Below are positions 17,423 through 26,442 of a stretch of 38,960 nucleotides of DNA, piece after piece. The stretch is from an uncultured Thermoleophilia bacterium (lineage in GTDB: Bacteria; Actinomycetota; Thermoleophilia; UBA2241). The translations under genes were made by a program, and so were the position numbers. The notes under the pieces were generated by a model, which saw nothing but the letters and a program-made list of their open reading frames with translations, did no database searches and was not told the origin of the DNA. The first letter of the stretch is position 1. Every line of letters begins with the position of its first letter. The DNA is taken from contig CAYTRM010000002.1 of assembly GCA_964440225.1 (NCBI GenBank), positions 1-38,960 of the forward strand, in the 5' to 3' direction.

Positions 17423-19726
17423 TCAGTCGCTGAAGGCGAACCCGGCCGCGAAGACGCGCTCGCAGGCGGCCGTCACCTCGGCGTCGTACAGCCGTCCGGC
17501 GCCGCTGCGCACCTCGCCGAGCGCCGCCTCCACGCCGAGCGCCGGCCGGTACGGCCGGTGCGAGGCCATCGCCTCGACCACGTCGGCGACGGCGAGGATG
17601 CGCGCCTCCAGTGGTATCTCGTCGCCGGTCAGCCCGTCCGGATAGCCGGATCCGTCGAGCCGCTCGTGATGCCAGCGCACGATGTCCGCGACCGGAGCGC
17701 CGAAGTCCACCGGCGCGAGGATGTCCGCGCCGGCCACCGGGTGCACCTTGATGATGGCGAACTCGGTCGGCGTGAGGCGGCCCGGCTTGGTGAGGATCTC
17801 GGCCGGTACCGCCACCTTGCCGATGTCGTGGACTTCGCCGGCGAGGCTCAGGGTCTCGAGGGCCTCGCCGTCGATGCCGAGCTCCACCGCGAGCGCCACG
17901 GCGAGCTGCGTCACGCGGCGTTCGTGCCCGGCCGTGTAGGGGTCACGCGTCTCGACCAGCGCGCCCATGGCGGCCACGGCGCCCTCGACCGTCTTCCGCA
18001 GTCGGGCGGCCGCGTCGACTGCCTCTCGCTCAGCGGCGCGCAGGCTCGTGATGTCCTGCAGCGCGCCGGCGACGCGCACCGCGCCGCCGTCGTCGCCGAG
18101 CACCAGCTCCGCGCGCGAGTGCACGAAGCGGATCTCACCGTCGCTCGCCCGCTCGATCGCGAACTCCTCGTCGTACTCTTCGCCCTTCTCGACGAGCCGT
18201 CGCAAGGCCTCGTCAAGAGACGCGCGGTACTCCGGCACCACACTCGCCTGCGCCGCCTCGAGCGGCAGCCAGGGTGTCCAGCGCTCGATCCCGTAGAGCC
18301 GAAACGCCTCTTCGGAAGCCCACATCCGGCGCTCCCGGAGGTCGATCTCCCAGTTCCCCACCTGCGCGATGCTCTGCGCCCGGCGCAGGCGCTCTTCACT
18401 CTCGCGCAGTGACTTCTCCGCCTGCGCACGCTCGGTGACGTCGAGGACCAGCGCGAGGATCGAGGTGAGCCGGCCGGATGGGTCGATGAGCGCCGAGTTG
18501 TACCACTCGCAGACGATCACCGCCCCATCCTTGCGGTAGTTGCGATTCGTGATGCGGGTGCTGGCTCGCCGGCCGGACGTCATCTCCGCCACAGTCGTGG
18601 TGACGCGGGCGGCGTCATCCTCATGGATCCACGGCACGTCCCAGACCGGCTTGCCGATCACCTCCCCGGCGCTCCACCCGAACATCCGCTCGGCCCGTCC
18701 CGACCAGCCGGTGATGCGCACGTCCTGGTCGAACTCCATGACGGCGAAGGGTGAGTTCTCGACGTGGAACTGCAGACGATGCAGGGCGTCGCGCAGGTCC
18801 TCATCAGCGCGCTTGCGCTCGGTGATGTCACGTACCGTCTCGATGACACCAATGACCCGACCGTCCGCATCCCGCAGCGGCGCCATGGCGTCTGAGACCC
18901 ATCCCGAACCATTCTTCCCGGGAAGCACGAACGGGATCTCGCGCGGGCCGCTGGCTTCGCCCGCGAGAGCCGCCCGGAACGTGGCGATGGGGCCAGCCGC
19001 CTGCATGAACGGAAACACATCGGTGCCGACACGCCCTACGACGTCGCCCGCGGCCACGCCGCTCAGCCTCTCCATGTATGGATTCCACTCCAGGACCGCC
19101 ATGTCGGGGCCGTGGACGACGATGCCCTCCTGGGCGCCGGCGACGACCTGGCGGCTGAACTCGGCCCGCTCCGCCGCCGCGTCAGAGGCCTCGCGCTGCC
19201 TGATCACTTCCAGAGCCATCCCGCCGAGCGTCTCGGCGAAGCGGCGCAGGACGGTGAGACACCGGTCCAGATGCTCGCGCGTGAGGATCGGCACGCGAGC
19301 GACGGCATCCAGATACGCCGCCTCGTCGAAGCCGAATCGGGCGGCCTGCTCGCGGAAGAACCCGAGATCCGGAGCCTCCAGAAAGAGCTGCCCCATGAAG
19401 ACGTTGCCGAGATGCTCGCCGCCGACGATGATCGGCGTGGCCGCTTCGACCAGGCCGCGTGGGCAGTGATACACGACGGCGGGATCGGCCTCATCGAGAT
19501 GCCGTTCGAGGTTGCGGTCGCTCTCGCGGCACTGCGCCTCGCTCTCCGGGTGGACGCGATGGAACCGCGTGCACACGTCCTGCCACGCCGTGGCCGTCAG
19601 GATGTCGCCGTTGCAGTCGATGACCGCCGACGGGAACGAGAAGGCGTCGTTCAGGCTGTCGAACAGATCCTGGAGCTTGGGAACGTCCAGCAGGTCCCCG
19701 AGCGTGTAGCTTGACGGTTCGGTCAT
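17423..19726 (-). CDS. PocR sensory domain + PAS domains + HD-GYP domain protein (paralog of 10038-12995)
   Basis: The internal ATG (cat 19724-19726) gives [45 protein letters not shown]...CTRFHR...QCRESD (PocR-type). This is followed by PAS units and the HD-GYP domain ([23 protein letters not shown]). Confidence 0.85.
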   Translation of the reverse strand: MTEPSSYTLGDLLDVPKLQDLFDSLNDAFSFPSAVIDCNGDILTATAWQDVCTRFHRVHPESEAQCRESDRNLERHLDEADPAVVYHCPRGLVEAATPIIVGGEHLGNVFMGQLFLEAPDLGFFREQAARFGFDEAAYLDAVARVPILTREHLDRCLTVLRRFAETLGGMALEVIRQREASDAAAERAEFSRQVVAGAQEGIVVHGPDMAVLEWNPYMERLSGVAAGDVVGRVGTDVFPFMQAAGPIATFRAALAGEASGPREIPFVLPGKNGSGWVSDAMAPLRDADGRVIGVIETVRDITERKRADEDLRDALHRLQFHVENSPFAVMEFDQDVRITGWSGRAERMFGWSAGEVIGKPVWDVPWIHEDDAARVTTTVAEMTSGRRASTRITNRNYRKDGAVIVCEWYNSALIDPSGRLTSILALVLDVTERAQAEKSLRESEERLRRAQSIAQVGNWEIDLRERRMWASEEAFRLYGIERWTPWLPLEAAQASVVPEYRASLDEALRRLVEKGEEYDEEFAIERASDGEIRFVHSRAELVLGDDGGAVRVAGALQDITSLRAAEREAVDAAARLRKTVEGAVAAMGALVETRDPYTAGHERRVTQLAVALAVELGIDGEALETLSLAGEVHDIGKVAVPAEILTKPGRLTPTEFAIIKVHPVAGADILAPVDFGAPVADIVRWHHERLDGSGYPDGLTGDEIPLEARILAVADVVEAMASHRPYRPALGVEAALGEVRSGAGRLYDAEVTAACERVFAAGFAFSD

Positions 19727-19992
19727 CACCCCTCGCCGACCATGATGTCGCCTCTCTCGATCCCGCTGCCCCCCCGGGGACCGCCAGCCCAGCGGCAGTC
19801 CCGTGGGCGTCACCCGGACGTGACGCTTGCACGGAAGGACTATCGGCAGGTCCAGCCACGGACTTCACTTCGCACCGTTCGCCCCCCGGCGCCCCGAAGC
19901 GATGCCGGAGTATCATCCCTGAGGTAGACTCGCCTCCGCACCAGACTCCGCGCACAGGGCGCGGCGCTCGCGCACACCGGAAGGAGGGCGAC

Positions 19993-20862
19993 ATGACACT
20001 CAAGCTCGGTCTACCCAAGGGGAGTCTCGAACATGCGACCATCGACCTCTTCCGCCGCGCCGGCTTTCTCATCACCGTCGCCGAACGGTCCTACTTCCCG
20101 GCCATCGACGACCCGGACATCGAGTGCATGCTCGTGCGCGCCCAGGAGATGGCGCGCTACATCGAGGACGGCGCCCTCGACTGCGGCCTGACCGGCCGCG
20201 ACTGGGTGGTCGAGAACGAGGCGACCGTGCACACCGTGAGCGACCTCGTGTACGCCAAGCAGAGCTTCGGCCGCGTCCGCTGGGTGCTGGCCGTCCCCGA
20301 CGCATCCCCCATCCGGAACGCCGCCGACCTCGAAGGCAAGATCGTCGCCACCGAGCTCGTCGGCGTCACCAGGCGCTGGTTCGCCGAGCGTGACGTGCAC
20401 GCCAAGATCGAGTTCAGCTGGGGCGCCACCGAGGCCAAGCTGCCCGAGCTTGCCGACGCGATCGTCGAAGTCACCGAGACCGGCAGCTCGCTGCGCGCCA
20501 ACAAGCTGCGCGTCGTCGAGACGGTGCTCGAGAGCACGACGCAGCTCATCGCCAACGAGACCGCCTGGCAGGACGCGGGCAAGCGCCGCAAGATCGAGGA
20601 CGTCGCCATGCTCCTGCAGGGCGCGATCGCCGCCCTCGACAAGGTCGGGCTGATGCTGAACGTGCAGGCCGGCGACCTCGACAGAGTGCTCGCCGTCCTC
20701 CCCGCGCTCCGCAACCCGACCATCTCGCACCTCAGCGACGAGGGCTGGCTCGCCGTGAACACGATCCTCGAGGAGAGCGTCGTGCGCACGATCATCCCGC
20801 GCCTCAAGGAGGCCGGCGCCGAGGGCATCGTCGAGTTCCCCCTCAACAAGATCGTGCTGTAG
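19993..20862 (+). CDS. hisG: ATP phosphoribosyltransferase, long form
   Basis: AAGGAGGG RBS then ATG at 19993. [25 protein letters not shown]...[25 protein letters not shown]...[11 protein letters not shown] is typical of HisG. The upstream part of ORF 19711..20862 does not read as coding. Confidence 0.9.
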   Translation: MTLKLGLPKGSLEHATIDLFRRAGFLITVAERSYFPAIDDPDIECMLVRAQEMARYIEDGALDCGLTGRDWVVENEATVHTVSDLVYAKQSFGRVRWVLAVPDASPIRNAADLEGKIVATELVGVTRRWFAERDVHAKIEFSWGATEAKLPELADAIVEVTETGSSLRANKLRVVETVLESTTQLIANETAWQDAGKRRKIEDVAMLLQGAIAALDKVGLMLNVQAGDLDRVLAVLPALRNPTISHLSDEGWLAVNTILEESVVRTIIPRLKEAGAEGIVEFPLNKIVL

Positions 20863-20880
20863 CCGCCACCCCCGGAGCCC

Positions 20881-21642
20881 TCAGGCGCGAGTGACCCGGC
20901 GGGCCGCCGCGAGCGCCTCGCGCTCGTTCAGCCGGCCGTAGGTCGGCGCCAGCTCGTGCGCCGTCACCGGCAGCCAGATGAACCCGTCGCGCTCGTCGCC
21001 CACCGGCGTACCCAGCCCCTGTGCGAAGCGCCACGCGGTGAACGCCGCGGCCAGCGCGTCGAGCGAGTCGTGGTCGAAGTAGTCGTCCCAGACGAGGCCC
21101 GCCGCGCGCAGCGCGGCGACGCGCACGTGCAGGCCGGCGCGACAGGTCTTGGGCGGCGGGGTACCGCCGAGCAGGGTCACGAAGGTGGCGTGCGGGTACA
21201 CCTCGAGGGCGGCCGGCGCCTGCCCGAGCGCCGCCGGCAGGGCGCCGGGGGCCGGCGGCTCGTAGCCGTGCCGGCCCAGCTCCCTGAAGTAGTCCCAGCC
21301 GGTCTGCATCCACCCGTAGCGCGCGCCGGCCGCGGCGGCCGCGGCGCGCGTCGGCACCTGGTAGATGGAGATGCGCCGCCCGGCAAGATCGGCGTCGCAG
21401 GCGCGCGGGCGCGGAGCGCCTGCGGCGCGCGCCCGCCGCGGCCTCTGCGGCGCGTCGACGCCCACCGCGACCGCCCCGAGACCGTCGAGCCACTCCAGCA
21501 GACGACCCCGGTCGCCGCCGATGCGCTCGTCCGACTCCCGCCAGCTCTCGGCCTCGAGCGTACGGCCGCAGCGCAGGGCAACGGCCACGCACGGCCGGCT
21601 GGCGGCGATGTCGATCCCGACGACGACCTGCCCCGTATCCAT
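20881..21642 (-). CDS. DUF429-like (predicted RNase H-fold) protein
   Basis: N-terminus MDTGQVVVGIDIAASRPCVAVAL resembles the GIDxA... start of DUF429/RNase H-like proteins. Codon usage is coding-like. Family assignment is moderate. Confidence 0.55.
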   Translation of the reverse strand: MDTGQVVVGIDIAASRPCVAVALRCGRTLEAESWRESDERIGGDRGRLLEWLDGLGAVAVGVDAPQRPRRARAAGAPRPRACDADLAGRRISIYQVPTRAAAAAAGARYGWMQTGWDYFRELGRHGYEPPAPGALPAALGQAPAALEVYPHATFVTLLGGTPPPKTCRAGLHVRVAALRAAGLVWDDYFDHDSLDALAAAFTAWRFAQGLGTPVGDERDGFIWLPVTAHELAPTYGRLNEREALAAARRVTRA

Positions 21643-21695
21643 ACGGGCAGACTAGCAGACCCGGGAGCGGGGGCGAAGAGCCGGCGGCGTCTCAG

Positions 21696-21718
21696 GCCGG
21701 CCGGGCAACCCGGCCGGC
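21696..21718 (-). terminator. Terminator-like hairpin downstream of the 21757-23064 gene
   Basis: 10-bp stem GCCGGCCGGG-CAA-CCCGGCCGGC about 40 nt past the stop codon on the minus strand. Confidence 0.5.
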
Positions 21719-21756
21719 GCCGGGTCGCCCCGGCCGAGCGGCCCGCCCGGGACGGC

Positions 21757-23064
21757 TCAGGGCGCCGTCAGCGTGACGTCGCGGACACCCCACGTCGACC
21801 AGTTCCCGTACGTCCCGCGCGCGACGAACCCGATCACGTTGCGGCTCTTCGCCTTGAGCGCGCTCGCCGGGATCGTCACCTCACGGAACGGGCTCCACTT
21901 CTTGGCGGCGCCCGCGGGAAGCTTGCCCATGTCCTGCCAGTTCACGACGAGGCGCACCTCGCTCGCCTGGACGTCGTAGAGCCTGAAGCGCAGGACGCGC
22001 TCACCCGCCTGGCCGGAGGTCTGGTAGAAGACCTCCTTCGGGTGCGTGCGGTCGGCGGCGCAGTAGCCGAGACGCGCCGCGTACGGCAGGTCGCGTGGCA
22101 ACACCGGACGCTGCCGGGGGTTCACGCGGACGTTGCGAAGCGCGGCCCAACTGACCGCGTTGGTGGTCGCCCAGTCGTACATGCTGCCGCCCAGAGCGCC
22201 GTTCTCGCGGAGGGCGCGCACGTACGCCTTCGTCTCGGTACCCGACGACTTGGCGGCGTCGCCGGCGATCACGTGGATGGGGACCGACGGGCGACCGGAC
22301 TTCTCGCGGATGATGCGGATGTTGTCGCGCGTGTCGCGGTACGCGTTGGTGTACCCGTTGCCGTGGTACGTGTAGTACCCCATCGGCACGAACACGTTGT
22401 AGATGCCGGCCAGCGTCTTGTACGGGAAGTTCGGCCAGTAGGCCGTGTGCATGGCCATGCCGGCCGGCGACGGGATGATGGCTCCCAGAGTGTACTTCGA
22501 GCCGACGGCGGCGCGGATGCGTTTGGACAGCGTGTGCAGCCGGCTGTTGCGCACCTTCACGTCCTTGACGATGCTCGCCTCGATGTCGAGAGCGAACGAG
22601 TCGAACCTCTGCCCGTCGGAGGTGCGAAAGCGGATCGCCGCCATGCTGCGCTTGTAGTCCTTGGCCGGATCCTTGAAGCCCGGCAGATACCAGGCGACGA
22701 CCTTGATGCCACGAGCGTGACATTGCTGGATGAGCGCCGCGACCGCGTCGCGCCGGAAGATCGTGTCGGCGTTCTCGGGCTTGTGGTAGTTCGCCGTCTC
22801 GAGATACAGGGTGCGGACGCCCTGCGCCTGCATGTGCTTCGCCGCCGCGGCCGGGTTGTTCAACGCCTTGGCGTCGTACATGTCTACCCAGGTGCCGAGC
22901 CCGCGGTAGGCGTTGATCGAGACGCCGGCGGCCGCCTGCGGCAGGGCCGCGGCCGCGAGCGCGGCGAGGATGACGAGCGCCGCGAGCGACGCCACGAGGC
23001 CCCCGCGGACGCGATACACGCGGCGGCGGTTCAGATGAAGGGACGGAAGGACGGTCACGAGCAC
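21757..23064 (-). CDS. Membrane-anchored/secreted TIM-barrel glycoside-hydrolase-like protein with C-terminal beta-sandwich domain
   Basis: Signal anchor ...GGLVASLAALVILAALAAAALPQAAAG, then GLGTWVDMYD...GVRTLYLETANYH...GIKVVAWYLPGF...FDSFALDIE (GH-like TIM-barrel pattern). The likely GTG start at 23064 follows a G-rich RBS and its exact position is uncertain. The ORF upstream of that overlaps the divergent promoter. Confidence 0.65.
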   Translation of the reverse strand: MLVTVLPSLHLNRRRVYRVRGGLVASLAALVILAALAAAALPQAAAGVSINAYRGLGTWVDMYDAKALNNPAAAAKHMQAQGVRTLYLETANYHKPENADTIFRRDAVAALIQQCHARGIKVVAWYLPGFKDPAKDYKRSMAAIRFRTSDGQRFDSFALDIEASIVKDVKVRNSRLHTLSKRIRAAVGSKYTLGAIIPSPAGMAMHTAYWPNFPYKTLAGIYNVFVPMGYYTYHGNGYTNAYRDTRDNIRIIREKSGRPSVPIHVIAGDAAKSSGTETKAYVRALRENGALGGSMYDWATTNAVSWAALRNVRVNPRQRPVLPRDLPYAARLGYCAADRTHPKEVFYQTSGQAGERVLRFRLYDVQASEVRLVVNWQDMGKLPAGAAKKWSPFREVTIPASALKAKSRNVIGFVARGTYGNWSTWGVRDVTLTAP

Positions 23065-23181
23065 ACCCCCACGGTGGCTGTCGGTGCGAGTGTAAGTATA
23101 CGACGCTGAGCGCCGGCGGGCCTGCGGCGGCCGGCCCCGGCCGTGGTACTGTGCACCCGACACCGCGACGAAGGAGGGTCC

Positions 23182-23700
23182 GTGAGCATCGAGTACGTCC
23201 TGCAGCAGCTCGGCGCCACCGAGAAGATCCGCTACACCGAGCGCCATCACTGGATCTTCTTCGTTGCCGAGATGCTCCGCTGGATCCTCTTCGCGGCCGC
23301 CGTCCTCGCGCTCATCATCGTGCTCCGCGTCTGGTGGCTCCCGGACGCCGGGTGGGTGTGGTGGCTGCTGCTGATCTTCGTGGTGCCGGCCGGGCGCATC
23401 GCCTGGGGGTTCCTCTCCTGGCGCATGAACGTGTACGTGCTCACCAACCGCCGCGTGGTCGAGTCGACGGGAGTCCTGAGCAAACGCGTCTCCGACTCGT
23501 CGCTCGAGAAGCTCACCGACATCGTCCTCAAGCAGTCGATCCTCGGCCGCATGCTGGGCTACGGAGACATCGTCGTCCTCACGGCGGCGGCCGGGGCCGG
23601 CATCAACAACCTCAAGCAGATCCGCGATCCCATGGAGTTCAAGACCCAGATGCTCGACGCCAAGGAAGAGCTCGAGCGCGAGGTCGGCCGGAGCGACTGA
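23182..23700 (+). CDS. Bacterial PH-domain (bPH_2, YdbS/YdbT-like) membrane protein
   Basis: GAAGGAGGG RBS then GTG at 23182. Two transmembrane helices are followed by NVYVLTNRRVVESTGVLSKRVSDSSLEKLTDIVLKQSILGRMLGYGDIVV, the classic bPH_2 pattern. Confidence 0.75.
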   Translation: MSIEYVLQQLGATEKIRYTERHHWIFFVAEMLRWILFAAAVLALIIVLRVWWLPDAGWVWWLLLIFVVPAGRIAWGFLSWRMNVYVLTNRRVVESTGVLSKRVSDSSLEKLTDIVLKQSILGRMLGYGDIVVLTAAAGAGINNLKQIRDPMEFKTQMLDAKEELEREVGRSD

Positions 23701-23709
23701 CGCCGCGAC

Positions 23710-23800
23710 CGCCGGCCGCCCCGGCCGCTCCGCGACGCCGGCCGCTCCCCCACGCCGGCCGCCCCGCCGCGCCGGCCGCTCCGCGACGCCGGCCGCCCGA
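23710..23800. repeat. Imperfect GC-rich direct repeat (two copies)
   Basis: The exact 25-mer CCGGCCGCTCCGCGACGCCGGCCGC occurs at 23721-23745 and 23772-23796. GCCGGCCGCCCC precedes both copies. The repeat lies in the intergenic region after the PH-domain gene. Confidence 0.5.
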
Positions 23801-23866
23801 GCTCACCGTCCGCTAACACGCTCGCTCTATCGTTCGAGGGTCAGCCTCAGCGCAGCGACCTCACGG

Positions 23867-24295
23867 ATGGTGACCATGAACAAGGCCAAGGTGCTCTTCA
23901 TCTGCACCGGCAACTCCGCGCGCAGCCAGATGGCCGAGGGCCTGCTGCGCGAGAAGGCCGGCGACCGCTTCGAAGCGTTCAGCGCCGGCCTCGAGCCCGA
24001 GCCGGTCAAGCCTCAGGCGGTAGCGGCCATGGCCGAGATCGGCATCGACATCAGCGGCCAGCAGGCCAAGGACATCGCCGCCTATCTGGGGCAGGTGCAC
24101 TTCGGCTACCTGATCACGGTGTGCGACCGGGCGAACGCGAACTGCCCCATCTTCCCGGGAGTGAGCCAGCGGCTGCACTGGTCGCTCGACGACCCCGCCG
24201 CCGCCGAGGGCGCGGAGGCCGAGCGGCTGGATGTGTTCAGGCGCGTGCGCGACGAGCTCACGGTGCTGATCGACGAGTTCACGGCGACTCACTGA
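23867..24295 (+). CDS. arsC: Arsenate reductase, thioredoxin-coupled LMW-PTP type
   Basis: P-loop CTGNSARS (CX5R) in VLFICTGNSARSQMAEG, plus the two downstream redox cysteines (ITVCDRANANCP). This is the pI258/Bacillus-type Cys triad. Confidence 0.9.
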   Translation: MVTMNKAKVLFICTGNSARSQMAEGLLREKAGDRFEAFSAGLEPEPVKPQAVAAMAEIGIDISGQQAKDIAAYLGQVHFGYLITVCDRANANCPIFPGVSQRLHWSLDDPAAAEGAEAERLDVFRRVRDELTVLIDEFTATH

Positions 24296-24374
24296 GCGAG
24301 GGCCAGACGCGCCGTCGATACGCCGGCAGTGGCGTCTCCAGGCGCTGCGGATCGTCGTCGCTCAGGGCATCGGC

Positions 24375-25481
24375 TCAGGCGCAGCGCACCACGCCCCGCG
24401 CCCAGAGACAATCGCCGCAGGTCGGGTGCGGGTTGCCGAGGCAGTCCTCCTCGTTGGTCTCCGCAAGCTCGCAGGCGCAGTCGGTGCAGGGCGGGAAGTC
24501 GAAGCGACGCACGCGGTCGCGAAACGCCGTGTAGTCGGGCTTGGCCCAGACGGCGGCGAGCGTCTCGTCAGGAAGGCGGCCCGCCTCCCAGCGCAGCATC
24601 CGCTTCGCCCGCCCGCGCACGAAGCACGTGTAGGTGTGGAGCAGCGGCGGGCACGGGCTGACTCCACCGTGCCAGGCAACGGCGCACGCATCGGCCTCGA
24701 CGAAGGGACAGTGACTGCGCGTCGCCTCCGGGTCGGCGCCGAAGAAGGAGACCGGCCCCGAACGCGTGAGCGCCTCACCGAGCGCCGCGCCGACCTGCCG
24801 GTCCCAGTCGAACGCCGGCAGCCGCCAGCGCGGCGCGGCGGTCGTCACCGCGCCGCTGAGCGAACTCGCGTGGTGGTCGTAGAGCGTCTCGGCGAGCAGG
24901 TCGGGCGTGTACGCCAACACGTTGCTGACGATGATGAAGGTCGCGCCGAGCTGGGCGGCGAGCCGGCCGAGACCGGGGAGCTCGCCGATGTTCGAGCGCA
25001 TCGCGACGAACTCGACGCCGATGCGTATCGAAGGGCCGTAGTTCGGCCCCTTGGCATCGTGCACCCGCTGCACGTTCTCAATCACCTGCTCCAGCGACGC
25101 TCCCGAGCGCACGCGTCCGAAGGCCTCGGCGTTCGCGCCGTCGATGCTGACCACGAGCTGGTCGAGGCCGGCGCCCAGGAGCCCGGCGGCCATGGCGTCG
25201 TCCAGAAGGAGGGCGTTGGTGGTGACCTCTGTCCGCAGGCCGCGCTCCTTGGCGAGCCGCACCATGTCGAGAAAGCGCGGATGGAGGAGCGGCTCGCCGA
25301 GCCCCATGAAGGCCACGGTCCCGCCTGCGCCAAGACCGTCGACGACCGCCTCGTACGTCGGCCACGACATGAAGCCCTCGGGCTCGTCCCACGAGTGGCG
25401 GACGCACGTGGCGCAGGCCAGGTTGCAGGCGTTGGTCGGCTCGACGTAGACCTTGGCCGGACGATCGTCGTCTGTCGTCAT
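24375..25481 (-). CDS. Radical SAM enzyme with C-terminal SPASM-like Cys-rich domain
   Basis: VEPTNACNLACATCVRH (CX3CX2C radical SAM cluster). GLGEPLL glycine-rich SAM motif. About eleven Cys in the last roughly 120 aa (...SHCPFVEADAC...SPCPP...YTCF...PPCTDCACE...DCLGNPHPTCGDCLWARGVVRC). Confidence 0.85.
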   Translation of the reverse strand: MTTDDDRPAKVYVEPTNACNLACATCVRHSWDEPEGFMSWPTYEAVVDGLGAGGTVAFMGLGEPLLHPRFLDMVRLAKERGLRTEVTTNALLLDDAMAAGLLGAGLDQLVVSIDGANAEAFGRVRSGASLEQVIENVQRVHDAKGPNYGPSIRIGVEFVAMRSNIGELPGLGRLAAQLGATFIIVSNVLAYTPDLLAETLYDHHASSLSGAVTTAAPRWRLPAFDWDRQVGAALGEALTRSGPVSFFGADPEATRSHCPFVEADACAVAWHGGVSPCPPLLHTYTCFVRGRAKRMLRWEAGRLPDETLAAVWAKPDYTAFRDRVRRFDFPPCTDCACELAETNEEDCLGNPHPTCGDCLWARGVVRCA

Positions 25482-25490
25482 CCGGGCCTC

Positions 25491-25739
25491 TCAGTCCTTC
25501 CGCTTCGCGGCCCGGAGCTCACCGAGCGTCGGGAACGTCAGGGCTTCGGCCTCGCACATCGAGGCGCAGTGCGAGCAGCCCTCCATGCAGGAGTCCTTGG
25601 CTACGACGCGTACGTGATCGTCCACCAGGCCGTACACGCCCTGCCGGCAGAACTCGAGGCAGACCCTGCAGTCGGTGCAGGCACGTTCGTCAAGGGTCGG
25701 CCCCCACCGGAACCCGTCGTCGCCTTCACCTCGTGTCAT
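25491..25739 (-). CDS. Small 2x[4Fe-4S]-type ferredoxin, co-transcribed with the radical SAM gene
   Basis: The internal ATG (cat 25737-25739) follows GGAGG. Motifs CTDCRVCLEFC (CX2CX2CX3C) and CMEGCSHCASMC. The stop is 9 nt before the radical SAM start. Confidence 0.7.
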   Translation of the reverse strand: MTRGEGDDGFRWGPTLDERACTDCRVCLEFCRQGVYGLVDDHVRVVAKDSCMEGCSHCASMCEAEALTFPTLGELRAAKRKD

Positions 25740-25998
25740 CGCCACCGTCCGACCTCCGGTCAAGAACCACACTCGCTCAGGGCGCTTGACGCCAGTGTAC
25801 GCGGGCGGGCCCGAGAGCGCAGCCGCACTGAAGAGGCACTGCTCGGCTTCCGGACTCCGCGTCGGCGGCCGCGACGGCCGGCCGGCCGGCGCAACGGAGT
25901 CCGGATCCGCGCCAAAGCCATGACGCCGGTGCGCGGGTCACCGGCGCCGCGCATCGCTCGGCGTGCGGACACTCGACAGTTACGTTAGGGTAGGGTAC

Positions 25999-26442
25999 AT
26001 GAGCAGCGAACGAGTCCCCGCACCCGAGCGAACCAAGACGACGGACCGCGTGCAGATAGGCGATGTGGCCGAACAGACGGGCCTGTCGCTCCGCACCATC
26101 CGCTACTACGAGGAGGCGGGTCTCGTCGCGCCGTCGCAGCGCACGACGGGCGGCTTTCGCCTCTACACCGACGCCGACATCGAGCGCCTCGAGCTCATCA
26201 CGCAGATGAAGCCGCTAGGATTCAGCCTGGACGAGATGCGAGCTGTCCTCGTGGCACTCGACACGCTCAAGCGGCCGGCCGGCGACGCGGAGCTCGATGC
26301 GGCCCGGGCCGAGGTACGACGCTTCGCCGAGGCGGCCGACACGCGTTGCGAACGCTTGCGCGCGCAACTGCATCACGCCGCATCGCTCTCCACGGCCCTG
26401 CGCCGGCGCTCCGCCGCGTCACGCGAGGCCGTCCGCGACTGA
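25999..26442 (+). CDS. MerR family transcriptional regulator (no obvious metal-binding Cys cluster)
   Basis: HTH IGDVAEQTGLSLRTIRYYEEAGLV...GGFRLY, then a coiled-coil dimerisation helix. ATG at 25999. Stop TGA 26440-26442 overlaps the prfC ATG. Confidence 0.8.
   Translation: MSSERVPAPERTKTTDRVQIGDVAEQTGLSLRTIRYYEEAGLVAPSQRTTGGFRLYTDADIERLELITQMKPLGFSLDEMRAVLVALDTLKRPAGDAELDAARAEVRRFAEAADTRCERLRAQLHHAASLSTALRRRSAASREAVRD

Noticed and set aside
19727-19992. Possible his attenuator/leader or riboswitch upstream of the solitary hisG
   Set aside because: I could find no His-codon-rich leader peptide, no T-box-like or convincing terminator/antiterminator structure, and no other his genes nearby. 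The region also has to house the divergent promoter of the PocR-HD-GYP gene.
20956-23109. 717-aa plus-strand ORF
   Set aside because: It is antisense to two minus-strand genes with real protein features (DUF429-like and the secreted GH-like protein). Its composition is dominated by Arg, Ala, Gly and Pro.
23710-23800. Possible CRISPR array
   Set aside because: There are only two imperfect copies with no regular repeat-spacer periodicity and no cas genes, so this is treated as a simple GC-rich direct repeat.
25760-25972. 70-aa minus-strand ORF upstream of the ferredoxin/radical SAM pair, considered as a possible RiPP precursor
   Set aside because: The translation is Arg-rich (MSARRAMRGAGDPRTGV...RRGRRRGVRK...). 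It has no Cys/Gly/Ser-rich core and no RBS, so it looks like non-coding GC-rich DNA. The 10-bp inverted repeat CCGGACTCCG...CGGAGTCCGG at 25850-25904 lies within it.
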